Source: an uncultured Actinomycetota bacterium (GTDB lineage: Bacteria > Actinomycetota > Actinomycetes > JAHEKZ01). From it: a DNA stretch of 64,000 nt. The notes beneath the pieces were generated by a model, which had not been told where the DNA came from, searched no databases, and worked only from the letters and a program-made list of their open reading frames with translations. The first letter of the stretch is position 1, and each line of letters starts with the position of its first letter. The stretch spans positions 2,656,001-2,720,000 of the forward strand of contig CAWHIJ010000003.1 of NCBI GenBank assembly GCA_963829525.1, given 5' to 3'. The translations under genes and the position numbers were made by a program. Below, in pieces: positions 45,253 to 53,486 of the stretch.

Positions 45253-45798
45253 CTATCGAAGCGCCGCCGATGCCGTCGCTGCCCGCACCAGCGGCTGGCC
45301 GACATCGAAGGTCAGCATCGGGTGATGCTTGCCCCGACGCTCGAACGTCGACCGCGAAACGGCGCCGGATGCAAGCGCGGAGGCGGCCACGGACCAGAAC
45401 TCCATCGCTGGCGGGTATCCGGGGAAGGGCCGGACCTGCCACCGCCCCGGGAATCGCTCGGCAAGCAATCGAGCCGCTGATAACCCGACGCCGCGGCGGC
45501 GCCATCGGCGTAGCACAAAGTACTCGGCGACGTCCCAGACCCGGCCACTGCTGGTGTCATCGGCCCACTCGTCGATGATCGCAAAGCCCGCGACCACACC
45601 GTCGACAGAGATCGCGAACGGGTGACGCGCCGGATCATCCCAGCACCCGTCGAGATCGTCGTCTCCGAAGGACCCCCATTCGTCGACGTCCCATGCCTCA
45701 ACCGACGATAGGTCGTGAAGGTAGAGCTGCATCAGTGCGACGAGTGTCCGGCGGTGCTCGGGAGTCACTGGGCTGACGGCAACCGTGGGCTCTGCCAT
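45253..45798 (-). CDS. GNAT family acetyltransferase
   Basis: QLYLHDLS and AEYFVLRRWRRRGVG (acetyl-CoA binding) motifs. Confidence 0.85.
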   Translation of the reverse strand: MAEPTVAVSPVTPEHRRTLVALMQLYLHDLSSVEAWDVDEWGSFGDDDLDGCWDDPARHPFAISVDGVVAGFAIIDEWADDTSSGRVWDVAEYFVLRRWRRRGVGLSAARLLAERFPGRWQVRPFPGYPPAMEFWSVAASALASGAVSRSTFERRGKHHPMLTFDVGQPLVRAATASAALR

Positions 45799-45854
45799 GA
45801 GGCAATCATCCCTCGCGAGAGGCCGCCACGACACGCCCGGAGCCGAGCGTTAGG

Positions 45855-45928
45855 TGGAGCTGAGGGGATTTGAACCCCTGACCCCCTCGTTGCGAACGAG
45901 GTGCGCTACCGGACTGCGCCACAGCCCC
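45855..45928 (-). tRNA. tRNA-Ala (anticodon CGC)
   Basis: GGGGCTG/CAGCTCC acceptor with G3-U70; CCTCG-TTCGCAA-CGAGG anticodon arm; TTCAAAT T-loop. Confidence 0.97.
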
Positions 45929-46048
45929 TGACTGCCCACCCGAGATCGATCCGGGGGGAAGCAGGACGCCGCTGAGGATAGCAACGCGATGACCGGGCGT
46001 CCGAATCGGCGTCCCGGCGCAACGAACCGAACGCCACGTCAGAAGGAG

Positions 46049-47050
46049 CTAGTCGCCGACTGCCCGACGCTCCGCGTCTCCTTGCTCGTCCGATGCCGGT
46101 GGGGGCGCTACCTCTTGTGCCAGGAGGGCGTCGAGCTCTTCATCGGCCACTTCGGCAGCAAGCAGGTCTTCGTCAGCCAGGTCGTCCTCGAGGAGTCGGC
46201 CCGAGCTCCACGCGCCAGGACTGGTGAGGTCGATGACCTTGATCGGACGGATCGCCTTTGGTGCTGTGACATAGGTCGGGAGCGGAAGCTCGTTGGGGCG
46301 CCACGTCTCGTCACCCTCTGTGGGCCGCCGCTCGTCGACACGCTGCTCGTCAGAAGGTTCGGCGGCAGCGTCGAACGTGACGTCTACGCCGGTGCGAGCG
46401 CCCTTGGTCTCGACCACCACCGCCCGAGAGGGGCCTGAAACGAAGCCAGACGCCGAACGTTCGAACTCCGCCGCGGCGCCAGGAGCTGCCGCCGGTTCAG
46501 CAGCACGACGAGCTGGGCCGGAGCGACGCCGTTGCTGTTGGCGCGCCTGGATGCGCAGATGAACGACAAAGGCTCCCAGCAAGACGACAACCGGGAGCGG
46601 TGCCCACCAGGATACCGGGGTGATGGCAGCAATCAACGCCAGGATCATGGTGAGACCTACCATTACGGCCAGTGTCCGAGCGCGGCGTTGTGCGAGCGTG
46701 CGTTGCGGACGCGCGCGGGGCGCGGGGCGCGGGGCTGGCCGGGCATCGATTCCGCGAGTGGGGGGACGCTGCGGCGACCGACGAACGTCCGGCTTCGGCA
46801 CCGAACTCTCGACTCGCGGTGCCTGACGTTCACGGGCAGGGACTGGAGCCTGAACTGGGTCGACAGCTGAGTCGGCTGCCGACTCATCGGCGGCTGCCTG
46901 CTCCTTGCGCGAGAGCACCCGCATCGCCTGGCCGAAGCGCTCAGCCGACCGGTTCTCCGCCGCGGTGTCGTGGTTGCGGAGCCACATCGGGATCAGAACC
47001 ACAGCCCACATGATCGCAATCGCTGCATAGATCAACCCGCTGCCGCCCAC
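46049..47050 (-). CDS. GlpR/SepX family membrane protein
   Basis: N-terminal TM WAVVLIPMWLR; RFGQAMRVL; RRAR plus TM pair; WxPxxLPLPTYV; C-terminal RAVGD; Rv0996-like synteny. Confidence 0.8.
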   Translation of the reverse strand: MGGSGLIYAAIAIMWAVVLIPMWLRNHDTAAENRSAERFGQAMRVLSRKEQAAADESAADSAVDPVQAPVPARERQAPRVESSVPKPDVRRSPQRPPTRGIDARPAPRPAPRARPQRTLAQRRARTLAVMVGLTMILALIAAITPVSWWAPLPVVVLLGAFVVHLRIQARQQQRRRSGPARRAAEPAAAPGAAAEFERSASGFVSGPSRAVVVETKGARTGVDVTFDAAAEPSDEQRVDERRPTEGDETWRPNELPLPTYVTAPKAIRPIKVIDLTSPGAWSSGRLLEDDLADEDLLAAEVADEELDALLAQEVAPPPASDEQGDAERRAVGD

Positions 47051-47107
47051 GGGACCTCACGCTACGTGTGGGGCCGTGCACTTTCCGGTAACGCGCTCGG
47101 TGTGTCG

Positions 47108-47701
47108 TCATCCCTGCGCTCGGTGCCACCGCTTCAGGACTCCATCGGGGATCTCGCCGGCGAGCAGGACATAAACCAGATGATCGCGCCACTGGCCGTC
47201 AATATGCAGGTATGCGGGCCGCTCGCCCTCGAACCGGAAGCCCAGCTTTTCGGTCACGCGACGACTGGGGCCATTCTCCGGACGCATCGAGATCTCGATC
47301 CGGTGAAGTCGCAGTGTCGTGAACGCGTGGTCGGTAGCCAGAGCAACTGCTGTCGGAATGATGCCGCGTCCAGCGAACTCCTGGGCCACCCAGTAGCCGA
47401 TGTGCGCACCGCGGAGCGAGCCATATTGGACTCCGCCGACCGTCAGCTGCCCGACCAGCTCGCCGTCGAACGTGACGACGAAGGGCAGCACCCGACCGGA
47501 CCGCGACTCGTGGCGGAGCGCCCTGACCATTCCGTGGAACCCAAGCGGAGCCTGCTGCCCGGCCGGTGCAGTCGCTTCCCATGGCTTGAGCCAGTCCACG
47601 TTGCTCGCCCGGACCTGACGCCAACGTCCGACGTCGCGGTGGCGGATGGGCCGCAGTCCGACGCGCCCGTCGGCGAGAGTGACCGGCCACCCGCGGCTCA
47701 G
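47108..47701 (-). CDS. RimJ-like GNAT N-acetyltransferase (probable CTG start overlapping the mog stop)
   Basis: GWPVTL...LRP...WLKPWE, IGYWV, LHRIEI and WRDH motifs; the N-terminal part lies upstream of the track's start. Confidence 0.88.
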   Translation of the reverse strand: MSRGWPVTLADGRVGLRPIRHRDVGRWRQVRASNVDWLKPWEATAPAGQQAPLGFHGMVRALRHESRSGRVLPFVVTFDGELVGQLTVGGVQYGSLRGAHIGYWVAQEFAGRGIIPTAVALATDHAFTTLRLHRIEISMRPENGPSRRVTEKLGFRFEGERPAYLHIDGQWRDHLVYVLLAGEIPDGVLKRWHRAQG

Positions 47702-48186
47702 TGGTCACCCCCAGCCAGCTGGTCCCTGGTGTGCGCCAGAAGCGGCCCGACAACGGCCATTCCGTCTCGCGCTCCACCGACCGAACCCGGAAGGTTCACG
47801 ATCAGCGTCCGCCCCGCTGTTCCCGCCAGCGCACGGGAGAGAGCGGCGGTGGGGATGTCGTGCTCTCGCCCGACTGCCCTGACGGCTTCGGCAATCCCCG
47901 GTAGCGTTCGCTCGATGACTTGAGCCGTTGCCTCAGGCGTCCGGTCATCGGGCGCCAGACCGGTGCCGCCAGTGGTGAGCACCGCGTCCACTGCCGACGT
48001 CACCGCGTCACGTAGCGCAGCAACAATCGTCGCCTCGTCGTCGGCCACCACCTGCACGACGGCATCGGGCACCCCCCACTGGCGCAGCTCCTTGACAATC
48101 GCTGGGCCCGAAAGGTCCTCGTACTCCCCCGCCTCTGCGCGGGTCGAGACGGTAATCACCCTCACCCTCAGAGGCGGTTCACTCAC
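47698..48186 (-). CDS. MogA/MoaB family molybdopterin adenylyltransferase
   Basis: TTGGTG, DRTPEAT, LSR and NLPGS motifs. Confidence 0.92.
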   Translation of the reverse strand: MSEPPLRVRVITVSTRAEAGEYEDLSGPAIVKELRQWGVPDAVVQVVADDEATIVAALRDAVTSAVDAVLTTGGTGLAPDDRTPEATAQVIERTLPGIAEAVRAVGREHDIPTAALSRALAGTAGRTLIVNLPGSVGGARDGMAVVGPLLAHTRDQLAGGDH

Positions 48187-48649
48187 GGTGCCAGTCTCCG
48201 GACGCGCCACCTGTCTTGGAATCCACGCGCACGTTACTGATGACGGCTGCGGGATCGACCGACTTGACCATGTCGATCAGCGCCAACGCCGCAACTGTCA
48301 CACAGGTGAGTGCCTCCATCTCGACGCCGGTACGGTCAGCGGTGCGGACCACCGCTGTGATCTGCACCAGTTCATCACGCACCTCAAGTTCGACGGACAC
48401 GCCATGAATCGCGATGGGATGGCAGAGCGGTACGAGGTCTGGCGTGCGCTTGGCCGCCTGAATACCAGCAATGCGCGCAACAGCTACAGCGTCACCCTTG
48501 GGCACGCCGCTCCCCCGCAGCAGACCGATGACCTCCGCTGATACGAGAACATCGCCGGACGCCGATGCCGTACGGACCGAGATCTGCTTGCCAGAGACGT
48601 CGACCATGCGCGCAGCCCCACGGTCGTCGAGGTGGGTGAAGTCGCTCAT
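48179..48649 (-). CDS. moaC: Cyclic pyranopterin monophosphate synthase
   Basis: MVDVS, LVPLCHP, TGVEMEAL and KTGG motifs. Confidence 0.96.
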   Translation of the reverse strand: MSDFTHLDDRGAARMVDVSGKQISVRTASASGDVLVSAEVIGLLRGSGVPKGDAVAVARIAGIQAAKRTPDLVPLCHPIAIHGVSVELEVRDELVQITAVVRTADRTGVEMEALTCVTVAALALIDMVKSVDPAAVISNVRVDSKTGGASGDWHRE

Positions 48650-48653
48650 AGCG

Positions 48654-49877
48654 TTACCCCGCACGCCGCTCGAGCATCATCACGGTCACTGCATCGCCTG
48701 TCGACATGTGCGTCGTCTCATCGGGGATGACGATCAGGCAGTTGGCATTGGCCAGGCCAGCAAGAAGGTGAGATCCGGGTCCACCAACAGTGCTGACCAC
48801 ATAGCGGCCATCTTCGACATCGAGATCACCTCGCAGGAACTGCCGCTTTCCCTCGGGCGACTTCACAGCACCTTTCAGGACGGCACGGACCGTGGGACGG
48901 TGCAGCGGCTCGAGCGCCTGCATCTGCCGAAGCACGGGTCGAACGAACATCTCGAAGGACACGAAGGCCGAGACGGGGTTGCCGGGCAACGTGAAGATCG
49001 GCGTGCCGTCGGGACCGATCGTGCCAAAGCCTTGGGGCATACCTGGCTGCATCGCGACTCGGTCGAACGAGACCGTTCCCATCCGGCCAAGTGCTTCCTT
49101 CACGACGTCGAATGCCCCGACGCTGACGCCACCGGTCGTGATCACCATGTCAGCGCGGATCAGCTGGTCCTCGATCGTCGTGATGAGCGTCTTTGGCTCG
49201 TCAGGAACGAAACCGATGCGGTATGCAGTGGCGCCAGCTGCATTGGCGGCTGCCGCGAGCATGAAGCTGTTCGAGTCGGGGATCTTGCCGCCTGCGATTG
49301 GCTCGCCCGGTTCGACGAGCTCACTGCCCGTGGACATCACCACCACCCGTGGTCGTGGACGTACCAGCACCCGTGCTCGGCCCACCGCTGCCAGCAACGC
49401 GAGCTGCGCAGGACCAAGCCGTGTGCCTGCCGGCACCACGAGATCGCCTTGAGCGGCGTCCTCACCCTGGAAGCGCACATAGGAGCTTGGCTGCGGAGCC
49501 CTCGTGATCGATACCCGGACGATGTCCCCGTCGGTCCACTCGACCGGTACAACTGCGTCAGCGCCAGCCGGCATCGGCCCACCGGTCATGATGCGCGCGC
49601 ACTGACCAGGAGACAGGGCCAGCGCCCCGGAGTACCCAGCAGGGATGTCACCGACGACAGGCAGCACGACCGGCGCCGAGGCCGATGCACCAGCCAGATC
49701 AGCCGAACGCACGGCGTATCCGTCCATGGAGGAGTTGGTGAAGGGCGGCAGGTCCCACGTAGCGGTCACCTCCTCGCTCAGGGTGCAGCCATGCGCATCG
49801 AGCAACCGCAGCTCAAGCGGCGAGAGCGTGTCGACGGCCGCTAGGCAGTCAGCGAGGTGCTGGTCAACGGACTTCAT
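48654..49877 (-). CDS. moeA: Molybdopterin molybdotransferase MoeA/Glp
   Basis: NSSMDGYA, IMTG, STGSEL, TGGVSVG and LPGNPVS motifs. Confidence 0.96.
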   Translation of the reverse strand: MKSVDQHLADCLAAVDTLSPLELRLLDAHGCTLSEEVTATWDLPPFTNSSMDGYAVRSADLAGASASAPVVLPVVGDIPAGYSGALALSPGQCARIMTGGPMPAGADAVVPVEWTDGDIVRVSITRAPQPSSYVRFQGEDAAQGDLVVPAGTRLGPAQLALLAAVGRARVLVRPRPRVVVMSTGSELVEPGEPIAGGKIPDSNSFMLAAAANAAGATAYRIGFVPDEPKTLITTIEDQLIRADMVITTGGVSVGAFDVVKEALGRMGTVSFDRVAMQPGMPQGFGTIGPDGTPIFTLPGNPVSAFVSFEMFVRPVLRQMQALEPLHRPTVRAVLKGAVKSPEGKRQFLRGDLDVEDGRYVVSTVGGPGSHLLAGLANANCLIVIPDETTHMSTGDAVTVMMLERRAG

Positions 49878-50818
49878 GACGTGACCTGGTCTCCGGTCGG
49901 ACTCGACCCGTCACCAGCCCGCTTTCGTTCGGCAACGAACTCGCCGAGCCACTGCACGAACTCAGGCCCAAGGTCGTCGCGGTCGCTAGCGATCCGGACG
50001 ACCGCCTTGAGGTAGTCGGCGCGATCTCCCGTGTCGTAGCGGCGACCGCGAAAGACGACGCCGGACACCCCACCACCGAGGTCAGGCGACATCGTGGCGA
50101 GGGTCTCGAGAGCGTCGGTCAACTGGATCTCGCCGCCGCGTCCGGGAGGCGTGTCACGGAGGACGCTGAAGACCGCAGGGTTCAGTACGTAGCGACCGAT
50201 GACCGCCAGGTTGCTGGGTGCCTCGTCAGCAGGCGGCTTCTCGACCAAGGCGGTGACCTGCACGACATCGACCTCACCGGTGGGACTTGCCGCAGCGCAC
50301 CCGTAGAGATGGATCTGGTGCTGCGGCACCTCCATCAGCGCTACGACACTGCCCCCTCGCTCAGCCTGCACCCGCAGCATTTGGGCCAGCAGCGGGTCGC
50401 GCTCGTCGATGAGGTCATCACCCAGCAACACGGCGAACGGCTCGTCACCGACGTGCTGAGCGGCAACGAGCACCGCATGACCGAGCCCTCGGGGATTGCC
50501 TTGGCGTACGTAGTGGACGTTTGCGAGCTCGGTGGACTCACGGACGCGGTCGAGACGTTCCTGGTCACCCTTGGCCTCGAGCGAGATCTCCAGCTCGACG
50601 TTTCGGTCGAAATGGTCCTCCAGCGGCTGTTTGTTACGTCCGGTCACCATCAGGACGTCGGTGAGGCCGGCTCGCACCGCCTCTTCCACGACGTACTGGA
50701 TGGCTGGCTTGTCGACAACCGGCAACATCTCTTTGGGGGTTGCCTTGGTCGCGGGCAGGAATCGGGTACCGAGCCCTGCCACCGGAATCACAGCCTTCGT
50801 GGGACGCCCAGTGCTCAT
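49874..50818 (-). CDS. galU: UTP--glucose-1-phosphate uridylyltransferase
   Basis: AGLGTRFLPATK, GLGHA, VEKP and GEIQLTDA motifs. Confidence 0.97.
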   Translation of the reverse strand: MSTGRPTKAVIPVAGLGTRFLPATKATPKEMLPVVDKPAIQYVVEEAVRAGLTDVLMVTGRNKQPLEDHFDRNVELEISLEAKGDQERLDRVRESTELANVHYVRQGNPRGLGHAVLVAAQHVGDEPFAVLLGDDLIDERDPLLAQMLRVQAERGGSVVALMEVPQHQIHLYGCAAASPTGEVDVVQVTALVEKPPADEAPSNLAVIGRYVLNPAVFSVLRDTPPGRGGEIQLTDALETLATMSPDLGGGVSGVVFRGRRYDTGDRADYLKAVVRIASDRDDLGPEFVQWLGEFVAERKRAGDGSSPTGDQVTS

Positions 50819-50827
50819 GGAACGAAT

Positions 50828-52810
50828 CTAGCGGTCGGCGGTCCGCTCGGCGTCCACCGCCATGGACCAGCGGTCGCGTCCACTTTCCTTGGCGGAGTAG
50901 AGGGCGCGGTCGGCCGCCTGGATCAGCTCGCGAGAAGACCCGCCATGCTCGGGATAGACCCCGCAGCCGATCGACACCGTCACAGCGATCGGGATGTCGC
51001 TGTCGTCGGTGGTGAAGGGGCGCGATCGGATGGCGCTGCAGATCCGATCGGCGAGGTTCTCAGCCCCGGCAGCCGTCGTCTCAGGCAGGACGACAGCGAA
51101 CTCCTCGCCGCCGTATCGCGCCAGGGTGTCGACCTCGCGGATCTCGGCCTGAACCCTCGCGGCGAACTCGCGCAGTACAGCGTCACCGCGAGGGTGACCA
51201 TAAGCATCGTTGACCCGCTTGAAGTGGTCGAGGTCGAGCATCAGGACCGACAACGAGCGGTCGAACCGATGCGCACGCTCGACCTCTCGGTTAAGACTGG
51301 TCAACAGATAGCGGTAGTTCCAGACGCCGGTCATCTGGTCGATGGTGGACGCCCGAGTCGCCTCCGCGTGCAGGAGCACGTTCTCGACGGCGATCGACGC
51401 TGGTCCGGCGAGGGACTGAAGTGCAGACTCAGCTGCCGCGTCGAACCCCTTGGGATCGACGGGAGCGAACAACGCGATCACACCGAAGACATGGGGGGGC
51501 CTGCGCAACGGAACCGCGAGCACGCTCCCACTCTGGGGCTCGTTCTCACCGGCGAGCAGCTCGGGTGCCGTTCCCAGCTCTCCCCTCACCGACAGACCGG
51601 ACGCTGCAACGGCTCCCAGCAGCCCATCCCCGACAACCACGGAGCTTGGCACCTGCAGCGAACGAGTTCGCATGCCGTGTTCGGCCTGAAGTGTGAGCCC
51701 ACCGTGTTCGTCACCGAGCATCACGATGCCTGCCTCAGCTCCAACGCTCGTCATCGCGGTCTCGAGCACGACAGGTACCAGAGTCTCGAGGTCGAGTGTC
51801 GCCGACAGCGTTTCACCCAGCCGGCCGAAGTTGGCCTTGAGCGCATCGCGGCTGTCTTCGAGCTCTGTGACGTAGGTGAGCAGCTCGTCGGTCATGTGGT
51901 TGAAGGCACGAGCAAGCCGGCCAACTTCGTCGGAGCGGCGCACCTCCAATGACCTCGTCAGGTCTCCGGACGCCACCGCCTCGGCAGCATCGGTCACCTC
52001 CTCCAGGGGTCCGGTGAGATCGCGGGCGATCGCGACGGCAGCGACAACCGCGACCACCAAGGCGACCAGCACAACGAGGAAGATGGTCTGCACCAGCAGA
52101 CCACTGCCTGGAGTCGGGGTGGCGACAACAACGGTGAACGGCATTCCTGGACCAGCCGGCGCCACCGCCGCTGTGACCCCGTCTTCGCTGACCACCCCGC
52201 CACTCGTCGGAGCATTCGCTGCAAGGTCTGTTGCGGCTGACAGATCGATGGATGGGTCGGATGTGCTGGCAACCACCCTTCCATCAAGGAGAAGCGCGAC
52301 ATCGGCGGTGAAACCGAGCCGTGATCGAAGATCGTCGAGATACGCGGTATCCACTGCTTCGGCGGTGCGCACGGCCGAAAGCTCGGGGGTGTCGGCAACC
52401 ACGACCTGCAGCTCGGTCGTCAGTGCCGGCCCGCCGGCTTCACCTGCAGCGCAGTCGCTCCAAGGTTCGGTGATGAGACCACTGGGTAGCTGCCCGGCAG
52501 AGCTGACCGCGTTGCCTCGGTCGCTGACCACCGAGACCCAGTCGGCTAGGCCATCAGCAACCGCCCGGCGGGTTGCCGTTGCCGGGGAGGTGGACCCTAG
52601 TGTGCGCCCGGTCACCACTGCAGCAGACTGGACCTCATCACAGGTGCGGCTGACCTCGTTCGTAACGCCCGAGCGCGCGCTGAGCACCAGAGTGTCGGCT
52701 CGATCGGCAGCCGCCCGTGGGACGGCGTAAAGGACCAGAATTGCGGCCGCAACGAGCGGCGCGAGCACCAGCGCGACCAGCACCAGCGCCAGACGTGTCC
52801 GCAGCGTCAT
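50828..52810 (-). CDS. Membrane diguanylate cyclase (TM-sensor-TM-HAMP-GAF-GGDEF)
   Basis: DLDHFKRVND; RxxD I-site (REVD) plus YGGEEF; HAMP DEVGRLARAFN. Confidence 0.92.
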   Translation of the reverse strand: MTLRTRLALVLVALVLAPLVAAAILVLYAVPRAAADRADTLVLSARSGVTNEVSRTCDEVQSAAVVTGRTLGSTSPATATRRAVADGLADWVSVVSDRGNAVSSAGQLPSGLITEPWSDCAAGEAGGPALTTELQVVVADTPELSAVRTAEAVDTAYLDDLRSRLGFTADVALLLDGRVVASTSDPSIDLSAATDLAANAPTSGGVVSEDGVTAAVAPAGPGMPFTVVVATPTPGSGLLVQTIFLVVLVALVVAVVAAVAIARDLTGPLEEVTDAAEAVASGDLTRSLEVRRSDEVGRLARAFNHMTDELLTYVTELEDSRDALKANFGRLGETLSATLDLETLVPVVLETAMTSVGAEAGIVMLGDEHGGLTLQAEHGMRTRSLQVPSSVVVGDGLLGAVAASGLSVRGELGTAPELLAGENEPQSGSVLAVPLRRPPHVFGVIALFAPVDPKGFDAAAESALQSLAGPASIAVENVLLHAEATRASTIDQMTGVWNYRYLLTSLNREVERAHRFDRSLSVLMLDLDHFKRVNDAYGHPRGDAVLREFAARVQAEIREVDTLARYGGEEFAVVLPETTAAGAENLADRICSAIRSRPFTTDDSDIPIAVTVSIGCGVYPEHGGSSRELIQAADRALYSAKESGRDRWSMAVDAERTADR

Positions 52811-52870
52811 CAGGCCTCCCCGATCATCATCGGCGCCGCACGCGGCGAAGACTAGGGCCATGATGGACAG

Positions 52871-53464
52871 GTGACCCATATGGAGCAGCCCGATGAGGCC
52901 CCCTCAGGGGGCATTAAGAGCCACAGTGCCTCGGACAAACAGCGTCTGCGCACGCTTCTTCGCGAGGCTCGCGCGCGGCGTCCCGCTGGCGAACGCACTG
53001 CCTTCGCCGAGCGACTCGCCGCGTGGATACCACCGGAAGGGACGCGCCGGGTCAGTTGTTTCGTCGGGGTCGGTGCCGAACCGGACACGGGCCCACTGAT
53101 CGCCGGCCTCAAGGACCGCCACATCGAGGTGCTCCTGCCAATTACGCTCCCCGACTTCTCGCTCGACTGGGCGCTCTACACCGGCCATGACGACCTCGTA
53201 GCAGCACGGTACGGATTGCTCGAGCCAACAGGACCTCGACTGGGCGCAGCAGCCCTGGCCGAAGTCGACATCGTCATCGTTCCTGCCCTGGCTGTTGACG
53301 CAGAGGGTCGCCGACTCGGAAATGGCGCTGGCTGCTACGACCGGGCGCTACTGCACCCCAAGGCAGACACGCCGGTGCTGGCCGTCGTCTTCGACGATGA
53401 ACGACTGTCCGAGGCGCTCCCTGAGGAGCCACACGATCGTCGGGTGGACGGCTTTCTTCTGTGA
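52871..53464 (+). CDS. 5-formyltetrahydrofolate cyclo-ligase
   Basis: KQRLR, EPDT, IVPALAVD, RLGNGAGCYDR and EPHD motifs. Confidence 0.92.
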   Translation: MTHMEQPDEAPSGGIKSHSASDKQRLRTLLREARARRPAGERTAFAERLAAWIPPEGTRRVSCFVGVGAEPDTGPLIAGLKDRHIEVLLPITLPDFSLDWALYTGHDDLVAARYGLLEPTGPRLGAAALAEVDIVIVPALAVDAEGRRLGNGAGCYDRALLHPKADTPVLAVVFDDERLSEALPEEPHDRRVDGFLL

Positions 53465-53486
53465 GAAGTGCTTCCCTGCGAAGGAC

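Noticed and set aside
39796-45855. Integrative island at the tRNA-Ala 3' end
   Set aside because: No integrase, no duplicated tRNA 3' end seen by eye, and no obvious compositional shift.
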